Below are positions 25,660 to 38,840 of a DNA stretch of 64,000 bases, piece after piece (positions within the stretch are counted from its first letter, which is position 1; the number at the start of each line of letters is the position of its first letter). The notes below the pieces were generated by a model. The model saw only the letters and a program-made list of their open reading frames with translations, did not search any database and was not told the DNA's origin. A program made the position numbers and the translations under genes. The DNA is from Chlorokybus atmophyticus. Taxonomy: Eukaryota; Plantae; Mesostigma and Chlorokybus algae. Where the stretch lies: NCBI GenBank assembly GCA_009103225.1, contig RHPI01002615.1, forward strand, positions 8,328-72,327, read 5' to 3'.

Positions 25660-28600
25660 CTAATGCAATTGCAAACGCTTGACAGCAACCATGGCGTCCG
25701 CGGAGGCCGCCACAATGCCGTCGTGTCTGGTCTGCTGGCTGAGCCTGCCCAATGCATGCTCGAGGCTAGCAACGCCGGCGACATTGCCACGATCGGCGGC
25801 TTTGAGCGCAATGGTGAGGGCCTGCAGGAGACGCACGCACGGCTGCAGAGGCCGCTGCGAAGCGGTCTCCAACAACTTAGCCATCAGGCCAACGCTAGGG
25901 TTGGAGATCAACCGAGTGGAGAAAGCGCGGATGTCGACATTAGCTGCCAGCTGTATGCAGTCGACTGCCAGGTCTACCACTGTGGCATCTGACGAGGTGG
26001 ACAGCTCCAGCCAGACTGGAAGGCTGTCGAGCAACGCCGTGCTGCTCAGGCCGCCACCCACCGAGTACATGTCGCTCACGTGCGCACTGCGGGAGAATGA
26101 GTGTAAATGTGCAATGCAGCCAGTGCCTGATTACATCTGTTGCCATGCAGGATACCCTCTCACCTGTTCATGGACATTTGCAGCAATGATCGGCATATTT
26201 GCAGCAATGGCTCCACAAACGCCTCCACTGAGTTCTCAAAAGCGTAGTTCAGCACTGCAGACACCTTCGCGGTCACCTGATTGACAACAGGAGTCAGTTG
26301 CCCACCAGAAAGCAGATATTGCCACAAAAGCAGATAAAGTGGATGCATGTGCAAGACCGCTGCGGTTCTGCATTCTGCGCAGTGTTGATGTGATTACCAA
26401 CCTGCAGCTCCACAAGGAGACTTGCATCAGCTGCATTGGCAGCCAACATGATCTGGCACAGCTTCAGGTTATGCACGTTGTTGTGTTCGTGCTCGAGTGA
26501 TAGGAACTCCAAGAGGCGGCGTGGCAGATCCAGTCTGACAATCTCCCTGCCATGGCACCAGCTAGTCAGTTAGTAACCAAGGGGCAGTCAGCTTGCAATA
26601 CCTTGCGTACCTGACCACGCTGTCGTTGTGTTCCGCAAGACTGACGAGCAGTTTCAATGCGAACAGGGGTATAGGATCTTCATCGGTGAGCAGTGACGGG
26701 TACAGAGGCAGAAGCTGATCCATAACCAGCCGGTCTATCTGACCGGTTAGCCTGGCACTATCGTTGTCGCACCCATGCTGCCAGCAAGCATCCAACCAAA
26801 GCTCAATGCCATGCTTTATGCAAATGTGAACGCAAATGATGGCACTCTGCACACCTTATACAGGGATGTCTCAGTCACAAACAGGGTCAACACGTCGCAC
26901 GACATCTTCAGACACAGGAATCGCGTATCTCCGCTGTCAGAAGAGCCCAGCAGCGTGGCGAGCTCGGGCAACAGCCTCGCCACAATCGCATCGCTCTGAG
27001 ATAGCAGCACCGCGGGTTGCTGCGAGATGGCCTCAACAATGTTCATCAAGGTCAGGCGATAGTCAGCCTGGCCGGGGAAGCTTCCAGTTGTTTCCGCCTT
27101 CTCCAGACACCACGCCAGATCGGATATCAACTGCGCCGTGACCGCGCGTAGCCGGAACAGTGTGCTGGTCACCATGTGCAGGACAATAGGGAACATTGCC
27201 AAGGGAGTCTTAGATTGGGCTGCAGCGCGAGAAGCTGCGCCAGCGGAGCCTCCTGATGATGGCTTGCGAGCTGTTAAACGCTCTACTTCACCCGTGACTT
27301 GCTCCATTATTCCAGGCAAGGCGTCAACAATGGCGCTGCTTAGGGCGTGCATAGCCTGCAATGCACACACTTATGAATGTTAGGCAGGTCCGCTTGCTTA
27401 ATGCCATGAACTTGCCAAATAGAAATCCAGCCAGCATCGCGTAGTCGCTAGTGCTCGATGATGTCACGAGGCGGCTAACCTGCGCAACATATTCATCTCG
27501 GTCTTTAACCAATCTTTCCAGCTGAGGAATCAACTTGGCTGTACATGCTGCCAGTAGCCATCTGCTGCTGACCTGCATCACATCAGAATGACACTTGCAG
27601 AAGCCTATTACCACAAAATAACAGCAGCAGGTTTACTCACAGCCAGCATCCAGAAGCATACTCACGCGGGCCAGGAGAAGGATGCACAACAGAGCCTTTC
27701 CACGAATGACAGGAGTGGCGTGGTCCAGTAATCCTAGAACGGTCGGCAGCAATGCCTGCTCTTCTAATAGAGAACTGCGCGATCGAGCACTCAACTCTGA
27801 GCTCAGTGCCGCATTGAGCACACTCAACCATGCCTGAGCAGCCCTTGGTGAACCTGCAGTGTGAAATATATGAGATTACCATTCAAGTGTGCAACGCGTA
27901 CATATACACAGCAAACAACGCTGCGCACCGTCTACCATGCCCGTGACAACAAGCTTCGGCCCGCCCTTGTCCACAATGTAGTGAGCAAGTGCTGGTGTGT
28001 GCTTAACAAGTCGTGCCAGTGTTGATGCAGCTGTGGCACGTAAATGCTCGTTCTTGCTGTTGGTGCACATGTGCACCAGCGAGAAAGCCACCTCCTGTGT
28101 AGCGAACCGCGCCGTCCAGTCTCCTCCATGACTGGCAATGTTCTCGCAAGTTTTCGCGGCATAGTGCTGGACAATCTCATCCTCCCCTGGCCTCAACATG
28201 CGGATCATCAAGGATGTTGTGGATACAGGTACGATCCATGTCTCACTTTTCTGTTCTGCAGCTGTCTTGTCTTGCTGCTGAGTTGCAATGTAGAATATCA
28301 ACTCTCCCAAAGTGGCCATCGCACGTCTTCGCACCTTTTCGCTCTTGTCGCGCAGAGTGTCCGTCAATACGCTGACGATGCCAGATGTTGCAAGGTCGTC
28401 GGCAATGTATGTTGCGTGACGCAACAGCATGCCAATGGCTGAACACAGCCGTATGCGCAAGGCAGGCGTCCGCGCGCTGCGTAGGAGCTTCACGAACAGC
28501 GTCATCAACGAGCTGTTGATGAGGATGTTTGCTGAGCTGGTATCCAGACAAAGGGACTCAAAGTACGCCAAGGTGTTGACCTTCTCCGTGACAGGTGTCG

Positions 28601-31325
28601 GTCCGCCAATGCTTCTATACACAAGCGTGAGGAATGACTCCAGCTCAGGCTGAGAGGAACTCATCATCTCTTGCATTGCGAACGCTCGAAACGGCAATGC
28701 ACGCGCATCATAGGTTGGCTCTGCCACTTTCTCAATGCGTCGGTTGAGCACTATGGGTTTGACAACCATGTCGGAAGCATGCCACATCAACTGCTGCACA
28801 GTGATTGCCTTTTCTGCAGCTGCAGCAAAAGCAGGTGGGGCTGGCATATCTGCCGCGCTTCCAGCACCTGCGTAACACATATGCGCAAATCAAATGCATA
28901 AAAGTTTAATTCCACCTGCCAGCAGCCTACTCCACTTTGTTTTTACATCACGGTATCACTGATGAAGACTGCTTTTCCAATCATTGTGCCGGTTGCCAAC
29001 AGATATGCACTTGCCTGCGTCCGCTAGGGCTGCAGCGGCTGCTGCAGCGGCCCGTGGCACGCGGTCTCTTCTGGCAACACCCACTCCAGGAGGTGTGGCT
29101 GTCGGCAGCGGCCTCCCTGAGTCATCAACAACCCCCTCTGATATGCTGCATGGCTCCTCTTCGGGAGAGCCGGAAACGTCTTCGGACAGTTCAATGCCCG
29201 GGGAGGAGTCTTCATCATCCGCGTGTTGTTCGGCAAAGTCAAGCTCTGCATCTGGGTTGTCTAACCTCACGTCTGTGGCTGCTGCTGCATTGGTGTCTCT
29301 GCAAACAAATACAAAAGAGAAACATCTGGACATTATCAACAATGCGCATGATTAACAGCTTGTGTTCCGACCACAACCTGCATGTAGATTGGTAAGCAGG
29401 CTGCTCACACAACACACACCTGCGCTCAATATAGCTCTCGGCATCCTTTTCTCGAGCCAAATTGCTCTTCACTATCTGGGAAAGACGCATCACATTGACT
29501 TCAACTGTTGCTTTGGGATGCGGCAGTGTGTTGACCTCTGCAAGCGGATTCCTGACACACGCATCAGCCTTTGTTGAACTGGATCCAGGCCTTAAACCCG
29601 TCGCGCCTGCTTGTCCAAGGTTCTCAGCATACACCTGCCATGACGCACGCAGTTGGCTACTGTTGCATCCTTGCATGAGGTTTTTGCTTGTTGCTGTTGT
29701 TAAGTTATGTTCGTGCTGCAACCTTCGGTCTTGTGGTCTGCACAAAGGTCTCCCATGCAGGCTGCGGTGGCAGGACAACTGAAACAAAGGGCTCGTGCCA
29801 CGCGTGGTGCGCAAGCAGTTGCTCCCAATTCAACCTCTGCAATGGATCTTTCTCCAACAGTCGGAACACTAGGTTAGTCATCTCTGGCCCAAGCACCTGC
29901 ACGCAAGTATGGCTTTTCTCCAACTTAACATACAGGCAACAGCGCACACAAGACTTGTTAGACTTCACTCACATCTGCTGGTAGGGGCGGCGGCGCATCA
30001 TGCAATATCTTCTGCACCAACTCTGAGAGTGAGGTAGAGACAAATGGGGGATGGCCAGCAACGCACTCGTAGAGGACACAACCCAAGGCCCATAGATCAG
30101 AAGCGAACGAGTAGGGTGCACCGTCTGTAAACAGCTCCGGAGCCATATAGCTTGGCGTACCGCGCTTCCCCTGCCACCATTTGCACATGCTTTGTGAAAC
30201 AACTGAGTATGTGCATGCCAGCTATGAGTACGGAACTACTCATGATGATGGTAGGCCATGCAGAGCGAGCACACAGTCAACAGCCACAGTCACCTCGTCT
30301 TTGGACGAGTCAAGGACGCGCCTTGCCAACCCAAAGTCGCACAGCTGCAAGCAGTATTCGCATTTCAATGTGCGAGTACAGTCAACAACTAGATTACGAA
30401 AGGCCGAGTGGTTAAGTACCTTGAGACATCCATTCTCATCAAGCAGTATGTTGGATGGCTTCAAGTCCGCATATATGATGCCTTGCGCATGGATGTATCT
30501 GCAAGTGAGCGCTCAATTGCAGATGGGGACCCAAAATGATCATGCAGAAGTTACATTGACTTTTATGTTGCCAGCGCTATACTTTGTTCTTTATCCTACC
30601 GTGGAAGGTGCGGTGGAGAGTGCAACAACACGTGACTAACTAAAATTCAAACAGTGACAAGAAGTGCCACCACACAGAAGATGATAAAAACGCGTAAAAG
30701 TGCTTACTGCAAAGCTGTGACCAGGTCGCTGGCAAACTCATATACTGATGTTTCGGGTAGCTTCACGTCCTGGGGATGAGAGATGCATTACAGTCTACAC
30801 AATATCAGTCAAAAGGAAGTTTGAATAGGTGCTGCAACAGCAGCAATAAACACAGGTCTCAGCTTATACGTGCCAGTCTCCAACCTGCTTGAGCAAGCTG
30901 AGCAGATCTCCTCCCACACAGTACTCAAGTATAAGCCACAGATGGTTGGACGTCTCATACCTGCCATGCGCAACAGCAACACAATGATGCTACAACAGCT
31001 GACCAGGCCAAGCGCACAGACAACGTCTGCTTCACCAAACACAGTTAACCCTTACCAGGCGTAAAACCTTAGCACATTGGTATGGCTCAATGAGTGCAGG
31101 GTCCGCACCTGATGGTGCTTGCAGTCAGTCTGCCTGTTTGCAACGGTCGGACTGCATGTAACTTGCGTCCATAGGTTAATTGCTGACCTCTTGAAGGACT
31201 CTGGGCCTCTGAGACTTGTCCACGGACTTGACTGCGAAGTAAGCAATGGACTTTTTGCGACGGCCCTTGTACACTGTACTGTGCTGCCCCTTGCCGATCG
31301 TCTCGTAGATGTGGTACTGGTTCAT
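25660..31325 (-). CDS. RUK: RUNKEL/ULK4-family (pseudo)kinase with HEAT/ARM repeats
   Basis: First exon MNQYHIYETIGKGQHSTVYKGRRKKSIAYFAVKSVDKSQRPRVLQE from ATG 31325. Also VRTLHSLSHTNVLRFYAW, YADLKPSN replacing HRD, LCDFGLAR, RGTPSYMAPEL, and long helical repeat exons (e.g. 27876-28870). Stop at 25660-25662. Confidence 0.93.
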
Positions 31326-31458
31326 CGTCTCGGAACTATACGCCGTGCTCCTATGCCTGCCCCCCCACCTCCACCTCCCTCACCACCGCTGCCGCCGCCA
31401 CCGCCGGCAAGCATACCTGCAAAACTTCTCCAGTTTGGCGCCAATTTTTGAATTCTCC

Positions 31459-31485
31459 AACCCTAAGTTTCAAAACCCTAACCCT
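31459..31485 (-). promoter_or_regulatory. Telo-box-like repeats in the RUK/C53 bidirectional promoter
   Basis: AACCCTAA (31459-31466) and AAAACCCTAACCCT (31472-31485) between two divergent ATGs 260 bp apart. Confidence 0.55.
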
Positions 31486-31585
31486 GATCACGCTGAAGGC
31501 ACGCTTGTGGGAATTGGCGTCGTTGTCGGCGGCGGCGGCGCCGGCGGCGGTGTGGGTCGAGGTGCAGGTGGGGTCTGGAACCGAC

Positions 31586-34352
31586 ATGGCTGCCGTCCCC
31601 AACGCCACCTATGCTCCTCGCAAGGTGGAGTCTGGCTACGGGGCGCCGGAGGCGGATTTGCCCATCGACGTGCACTACAACAAGCTCGCCGCCTGGCTGG
31701 TAGATAGGGGGAAGTGCCCCGCGGACTACAGGAAGGTGCTGGCCGCGGTCAAGGCCCGCGCCGCTGCCGCCCTCAAGTCCCTCCCGCAAGACGTCGATGC
31801 TTCCCTCCGCAACCTGCCGGAAGACGGTGCGTTCACCGTCCGTCGCACACGCACATACATGCAGCGGCGCCTCCGCTGCATGTGCTAGCGCATTGCCAGC
31901 TGACCACAGTCACTGTGTCTGCAAGTGGTACTTGAAACTCGATGAAACTGAGCTTGTACACGTGTGTGCGTGCGCGCACGCGTGTGTACGAGACACAGAC
32001 ACATGCTCGTGCTGCTTGCTTTGAGTTGCAAGCACCAGTGCATGTGCGTTTGGTCAGCCTCAGTACATGCACATAACGTAATAGAACATCAGCGTCATCA
32101 CAATGAGTGGTAGTCTTTGTTAGTTAACAGCTCGTGCTCGTTGTATGTATATTTACTTACCTATGCTACTGCTTTCACTTGAGTTTCAGATTGCATCCAT
32201 TCTTGGTCATCTCCAACGCATTTTACACAATGCTGGAAGCCGCCGACTGTATTTGCATGCACTTGCAACTGCGACTTCGGTACAAGCACATCATTATGCG
32301 TGCTTCAGCAATCCTGACTACTGTTTGCGTGTGCTTTTGTCGTGCAGAGCTGGACTACTCAGCAAGTGTGCGCATTCGTGATGCCGTTGCTCCTCGCGAT
32401 GAGAACAAAGGCTTGCTTGCGCGTCTGACCAAACAGACCCCTGAGTGGGAGGCCATCGTGCGCGCATACGAGAAGGACAACATCTTGTTGGCAGAGGCTG
32501 CGCAGATCCTCACGCAGAATGTGGACTATGAGGTTCCCTTTCTTCGTAAGCAGGTGAGGCCACAATGATGAATGCAAACACCACATAACGTCGCTAATTT
32601 ACATAAGCTGCTGCTAACAGCACATGATGAGAGACAATTGATGCCTTGTGGCATCATACCAGGCTTCTAGAGCGCAGCAGCAGTTGGTGGATCTTGACCG
32701 ACGAGAAGCTGAGTTGCGTCGCGGGGCAGCAGCTTCTGCGCACAAGTACAAACAGGTGCCTCATAGATCAGACTTAGTGTTGTTTGCATTATTTGACTCA
32801 TCTGTTGACATCAATTTGACATAGTGCAGGCCTGTGAAGAGCTCGGCATTGCCGGCAAGGATTTGAAGGGCGAGCTGCGGGCGCTTGCCAAGCAGCTGCC
32901 GGCTGCACTGCAAGAGGCAGTGGCTTGCATGCGACAGGAAGCGGTTGGGTCTGCGTGCGCCTTGTACAGCACATACACACTTCGGCATCACACCCCACGC
33001 GAGGTACATCCAACTGCATACCTGTCCGTATGCACATCAGAGTGTTGTTTGCATAGACAAGTCTTGGAGGAGTGGAAGGTAGTGTCTGTTCTTTTTCCAG
33101 ACCCTTGGTAAAGCGCTCATTTTGCAAGCTGTATGGTGTTGTCGCTTTGTAAACCATGAGTGTACATCCCCTTGATACTGTTGCTGTTGCAGGGTTCTGC
33201 CGCTGAGTTGCTGCCAGCGCTGGCAGAGGTTCGCGCCTCCAACGACGAACCATCAGCAGAAATGCCTGTCCTAAACTTCGCAGCTTTGCAGTCAGAACCC
33301 ACCTCAACTGCAGAACCGGAAGCTCCTCCTTTGGTTATCAACTGGGATGCAGCTGCAGATCCTCAGCAGGACTCTGGAACTCCTCCCACCATATCCTGGG
33401 ATGTTGATGTCTCAGACACATCTACCTTGCCACCGGCCATCAATTGGGACATTGATGTTGCAGCTGAACCGGCAGATGGGGTCATTGTAGATGCCGAACC
33501 ACCTGCGATAGATTGGAACATTGAAGTTACGGATGAAGCAGCGGAGCCCACCATCAACTGGGATATCGATGTGCCGGATGCGGGCACTGAGGTGCACGCA
33601 GAGGATGCGCATGCGAGTGAAGTTGGAGTTGAAACAGATAGCACGCCAAGGACTTCTATGACAGATGGATCCAAGCCCTCAACGGCAGAACGGTTGATGG
33701 CAACGGACTTTCGTAATCAACTGCTGAACGACCTTCTTGAAGTAAGCGATTGCCATGTTAAGCACAACCGTTTCAACTCTGTCTTACACTCTTTGATTGC
33801 CTGACATGCTCATTGGCAGCTCCAAGCCTTTCTGCGTGTGCGAAAAGTGGAGGTCCAGTTTGGAGGCATGCAGTCGCTGTTGCGGACTGCATATGCGGAA
33901 GATAGCCAAGGCATCCATGAGTCTGACAAGCCATTGGAAGCCATGGAGGCGGCTGTAGCGGCTGCAACCAAAGCACTGCTTGCAAGGCGGACCCGTGAAC
34001 TGACACTGATACACACGTCACCGAGGTATGCCACATATTGTGACTTGCCCTGGCATTACTTCATGGTAGTTCTATCTTTACCAAGTGTGTAACTTCTGCC
34101 AGGTACGTGGAGCGGTTGCTGGCAGTGCTCAAGTCCAAGGCGTCCCAAAGCTTCAGGCTGCAAGACGGGTTGGCGGATGTTGACGTGCGAAGGCGGGAGG
34201 TGCGCAGTCAGCTGGCCAAGATACACCCCAACCTGCAAGCGTTGATCACACGGATGCGTGACCTTAAGCTAATGGCAGAGAACCGCGTCTCCGCCTTGTA
34301 CAGTAACAGACCGGTAAATATTATTGGCGAGATTAATAACGTGTTGCAGTAA
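31586..34352 (+). CDS. CDK5RAP3: CDK5 regulatory subunit-associated protein 3 (C53, UFMylation/ER-phagy receptor)
   Basis: LPIDVHYNKLAAWLVDR N-terminus, WEAIVRAYEKDNILLAEAAQIL...NVDYEVP, acidic disordered linker with IxWD repeats, C-terminus RPVNIIGEIN. Seven GT-AG exons. Confidence 0.94.
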
Positions 34353-34982
34353 GTTGTCCTGTTTCTCGTAGCTGTTGCATAGTGCTGTACCACACTTGTG
34401 GCAATCATAACATATACTAAGTCTGTCCTTATCAGCATTACCAGGGAATTACTGGTATGGTGAGGTGTTGCGAGCAGACACAGTGTGTGCACCATGAGAG
34501 ACTTCACTGCCTGTGCGGTATTGGGGGCGGGTGGATGGACGTGTGTGTGGGGCAATGTGATGGTGTAAAGTAGAGTGCGCAACAGTGTTCAGCGGAGTGC
34601 TTGCATGTGGCACTGCGCGAGTGTGATGGCGCACATGGGTAGGTATGCCACCACTGCTCTAACTACCCGTGTACTTTGGTGACAGCAGAGAGTGAGCTGT
34701 AATTGACGTTGTGATGCCATGGTAGGCAATCAGAAGTGTCTGTTTTGCCGGACAGCATCAGCCTGTCCGCCCCACTTGTGGCCTGCGTGACAAGCAGACA
34801 TCCAACAAGGCCAGTGTCTTGCTGCAAAAGCAGCGGCCACCACCTGTCAGGCCAACTGTTACAGGCCATGGTCATGCATGGTTTGAAGTTTGCGCATGTG
34901 CAACAGTCATGTTTGCATCAGCGACTCAATCAACACATCGATATAGAACTACACATTATATACAGCACCAACGCATGCCAAG

Positions 34983-36636
34983 TCAATGTTGTGACGCGCT
35001 TTCTTGCTGGTGTGAGGATGCGGCAGGAGAGCTTTTGGCCCCGAGCACACGCGCGTAATCTGCCCCAACGGCCCTCTGCTGCTCTTCAGACAGGTGCGCA
35101 TACTCCTTCCATCTTGACACCTGTGGATATAACACCAGGAGCAGGAGAGTCAGCCACTAAATGACAAACAGATATGATGATAACAACAATAAGACTAACA
35201 AACGTAATAGAAGCTATGGCTGTAAACATTTCAAAGACTACTGTAACGACAAATACAGGCACTGCTAGTGATGTTTGCCACACCTGCTGCGACATTGGCC
35301 TCACGGCATCTCGCAACCGCTCAATGCGTGGCTCCAGAGCAGCCTTGCCTCTAGTGGGAATGTCTTCAAGCTGCACACAAGTACAACACCAGATGCGCAT
35401 ACTTGCAAACACTGTCATGGGTGCGTATGCATGTGCGTGTGTGCCCACGCATGTGGGTGTGTGCAGCTGTATGTGCACCCTTGTGCGTGTTTGTGTGCGT
35501 GCGTACAAACAAGAGAACATGCGATGAGCTTACGCTGTGGATGTCGAGCACCTTGGCCGTCAGTATCACCGCGCCGCCAAATCCCAATGTGACCACTGCC
35601 GTGGCAGTCGTGAACGCCTTTGTCACTGCAAAAAAGTCATCATCATCACAGAAAATGAAAAACCCTCTCCCAACATGACACCCACTCTTCACTTACACAT
35701 CCACACCCCACGGCCAAGGGCTGCCCGACGTGCATGCTCTGATTGTGGAATGGCCCGCGGACGAGGGGGCGGACGGGAAGGCGTGTCCTCGACCATTTGC
35801 AGATCCCATCTGTGTGGTAGAATATGTTCATGAGACGTCGCTTGAAGCTCTCTGAAATGGAATGCACATGCATGCGTGTGAACTGCTATGTACGGTAGCA
35901 GCATGCAATCAGAAAGAACTTTTCATCACGCGCTGCAAAGTGCTCACAGCGCAACAACTTTGATCATACAGCACAATACCACACGTACACGCATGCAACG
36001 CACAAATTTTGCTATAAACAACAACGTTTACACACATGCGCACACGCATGTGCTCATGGACGCGCATATGTCATGCATGCATGTACGTACCAATGCACAT
36101 TTGCACCTTGCATATGCACGCAAGGCATGCACAACGAGTGCACTTGAAAAGCAACTTGTACAATACAATAACACATGCATGCATGCATGCATGAATTGCT
36201 GTTCTTAGCTTGGTGATATCCCCATCCGTCCTACAGGATACAGGTGCTATGCTCACCGGCCTCTGCCAAGTGGTGTCTGCGGCAGTTCCCACATCTGCAG
36301 CGTCGGTGTCGCCCTCAACGTCGTCCCCCTGGACGTCCGTGGCGGTATGGGCGGCGCCCTCTCCACCCTGCGCCGCTCCGCCTCAGAGACTCCGTCGCCG
36401 CCGCCGCCGCCGCCGCTCAGCAGCCGCCGCTGAGCCAGCACCTCCGGCAACACGTCGGTCGTGCAAGACGACTCATCAAAGGACAACGACGAGGAGGAGG
36501 AGGAGGAGGGAGAGGACTCTTCAGGCAGCAGGCCTTTCTCCTGCAGCAGGCGGCGGCGGCGAGCTAGCGCAAGCTTGTCCTCCTCCTTGAAGTAGGACCC
36601 CTCCACGGCAAAGCCCCGTCCGCTCAAGAAGCTCAT
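34983..36636 (-). CDS. Conserved plant-type uncharacterised membrane protein (possible TMEM242/Aim11-like)
   Basis: Five phase-consistent exons: MSFLSGRGFAVEGSYF...DVLPEVL / HRWDL...AALGRGVWM / LTKAFTTATAVVTLGFGGAVILTAKVLDIHS / LEDIPTRGKAAL / VSRWKEY...ARVLGAK. One hydrophobic helix. Resemblance to land-plant hypothetical proteins is from memory only. Confidence 0.72.
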
Positions 36637-36718
36637 GTCTGACGAGTTGTCCACACAACGACTACAGCACGCAACAGGTAAACGACGCCGCCGCGGATGA
36701 CAGCGGCAACCAGATCAA

Positions 36719-36812
36719 GTACATGTCTGTGCACGGTGCTGCCGCTGCTTTGAGCACGTACGTACTGGTACACTGGACGCGTACGCTGTACGGTGTTGCG
36801 TACCGTACGTAC
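36719..36812. promoter_or_regulatory. GTAC cluster (candidate SBP-box binding array)
   Basis: Nine GTAC in 94 bp, 80-175 bp upstream of ATG 36636. Confidence 0.4.
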
Positions 36813-38840
36813 CAAGAACAGGGCTCAGGGCTTAGCTCTGGCGGTGGGTTTAGCATCTCGGCAGGCGGCGGCGGCAGCGAAGGAGGAGGAGGAGAAGGAG
36901 GCGCGGGGTGGGAAGCAGGCAGCAGAGTAGAGCAGGTTGGGCAAGGGACGGCAAGGTGGGGATGAGCAGGCGGCGTACGGCCAGGAGGAGCAGGAGGCGG
37001 GCGTTTAGGCGAGGGAGGGCGCTCAATCTGCTACAGATTGTAGCAGATTGAGGCCGTGTAGGATGCCACGCGCATTGGCAAGGGCACTGCGCAAATGCCC
37101 CGTCGTACACCAGAATCACCCCCAACCTACAATAACAACAGCTCGAACAAGCCTCCCTCCCGACAGCAGGTATAAAAAGGGGTTGTAAGTTGTCAACTGT
37201 GCAACCTGTTGACAAGTATTGTGCGTGCAACATGAGGCTTTTGTATGTCGGAGTGCTTGTATGCCTACAATAGCAGCGCAAGACAAACACTTGAAGACAT
37301 GAAGGTATTTAATAGCTGAATTCGATTTGATGATGTCGCGTGGTCGCTGATCAATTGACTGTTTTCTCTGCAGGTTACATTACATGCCCCTTGAGAGGAA
37401 GCAGTTGCGTGGGGTCGGCGATATGCGTCATTGTGAGGTATCTTTCTTTCAGCACTTATTGTTATTGTAAGTATTGACGCTTGCATCGTTTACAATAAGG
37501 GCAATTTCGACCGCGAAAGGGAGGTGTGCAAGGCATATGAGTGATATTAAGCAAAGCTCCGTTGATTCAATGTGCGATGGAAAAGAAAACTTGAAAAGGT
37601 GTAACTGCATCATATATACAGCATGTATAGTTTATCAAAATTTGCATGCGAGGATTTGCAAGCATGCGTTACATATATATAAGGTATGCGCAAAAATGAT
37701 ATGCGTGTCTGTCATAACTTCACATAATATCGATGTTATCTGCGAGACCGCTGGGCCCTTGGCAAATGGTTATTCTCCTCTTAAATGAAGTGCCAATGCT
37801 GGCGACACTTGGCGAAGCTTTTTGAATAGCTATGGTTGTGCTTGAACCAATATTTGCAAATGGTTTACAAATAAATGGCAATAATCTACGAGCAAGTAGC
37901 AATGTCTATGACCTTGTGTTCGTGTGTTAAAGTGTCTTATTGCGTTATACACAGATATCTGATATGTAAAGCTATGCAATGCGTCATGCATACGCGCATG
38001 CGCATGCATCTTGCAAACAATTGGGTTTCGCCATGCATCACCTCTGAAATGAAACATGTCGATCTTGGCGAAACACACATGTGCGAGACTTATTGGTGCA
38101 ATACGCTCAGATACAATGTAATCTATGATGCTTACATGTTTTCTTCTCATGTGATGTTTAACCGAAATGGATAGTGACTGTATATTATGGTTGTTACACA
38201 TGCATCATTAATGATGCTAATAATGCCATCTTTACTCTATGTAGAGTAGTACGCGCACTTTGCACTGCCTGTTACCAATAATTTTCGAAGCATGGTATGG
38301 GACGGCGTGCTTTTTGGATTCAAAGAATTGCCAAGTGGTAATGGCGGCCTTATGAATACGTAAATCCATAAGCATGCATTGTAGCTCGTTATGTGCATGA
38401 ATGCGCACATGCAACATCATATTGTGACGCATTAAAGCGTGAGAGCGCGTATCACTAGCAAAAACAATTGTGTTTAAATGGTGAGCGGCAATGTTAGATC
38501 CTTACATTTAGCCATCTGTAGTGAAAGCGTCACTTTTTTGGCATATATTGTGCTCACTTGGCAATGATAAGTATACCCTGTCAGCGGAACTTTTCCCAAT
38601 AATACCTTGTTCTTTGTTCATTTTTGTTACTTTAATTCAACTTTATTATGCTCTTACATATGTAGACATGCAACATACATGCCATGGTATTTGTGTACCT
38701 GTACGAATTGCGCACGCAACTTAACATGCACTACCATATAATCATAGTTTAACATTCAAAATTGATGTACTTAATCAAATATATGCCGTGTGGAAGCTCT
38801 AAAAGTCTTGCCAATGCTTAGCTGAAGCGTATATGATCCA

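Noticed and set aside
31268-31320. Small GTAC group near the RUK/C53 boundary
   Set aside because: Lies inside the first RUK coding exon, so it was excluded from the cluster list.
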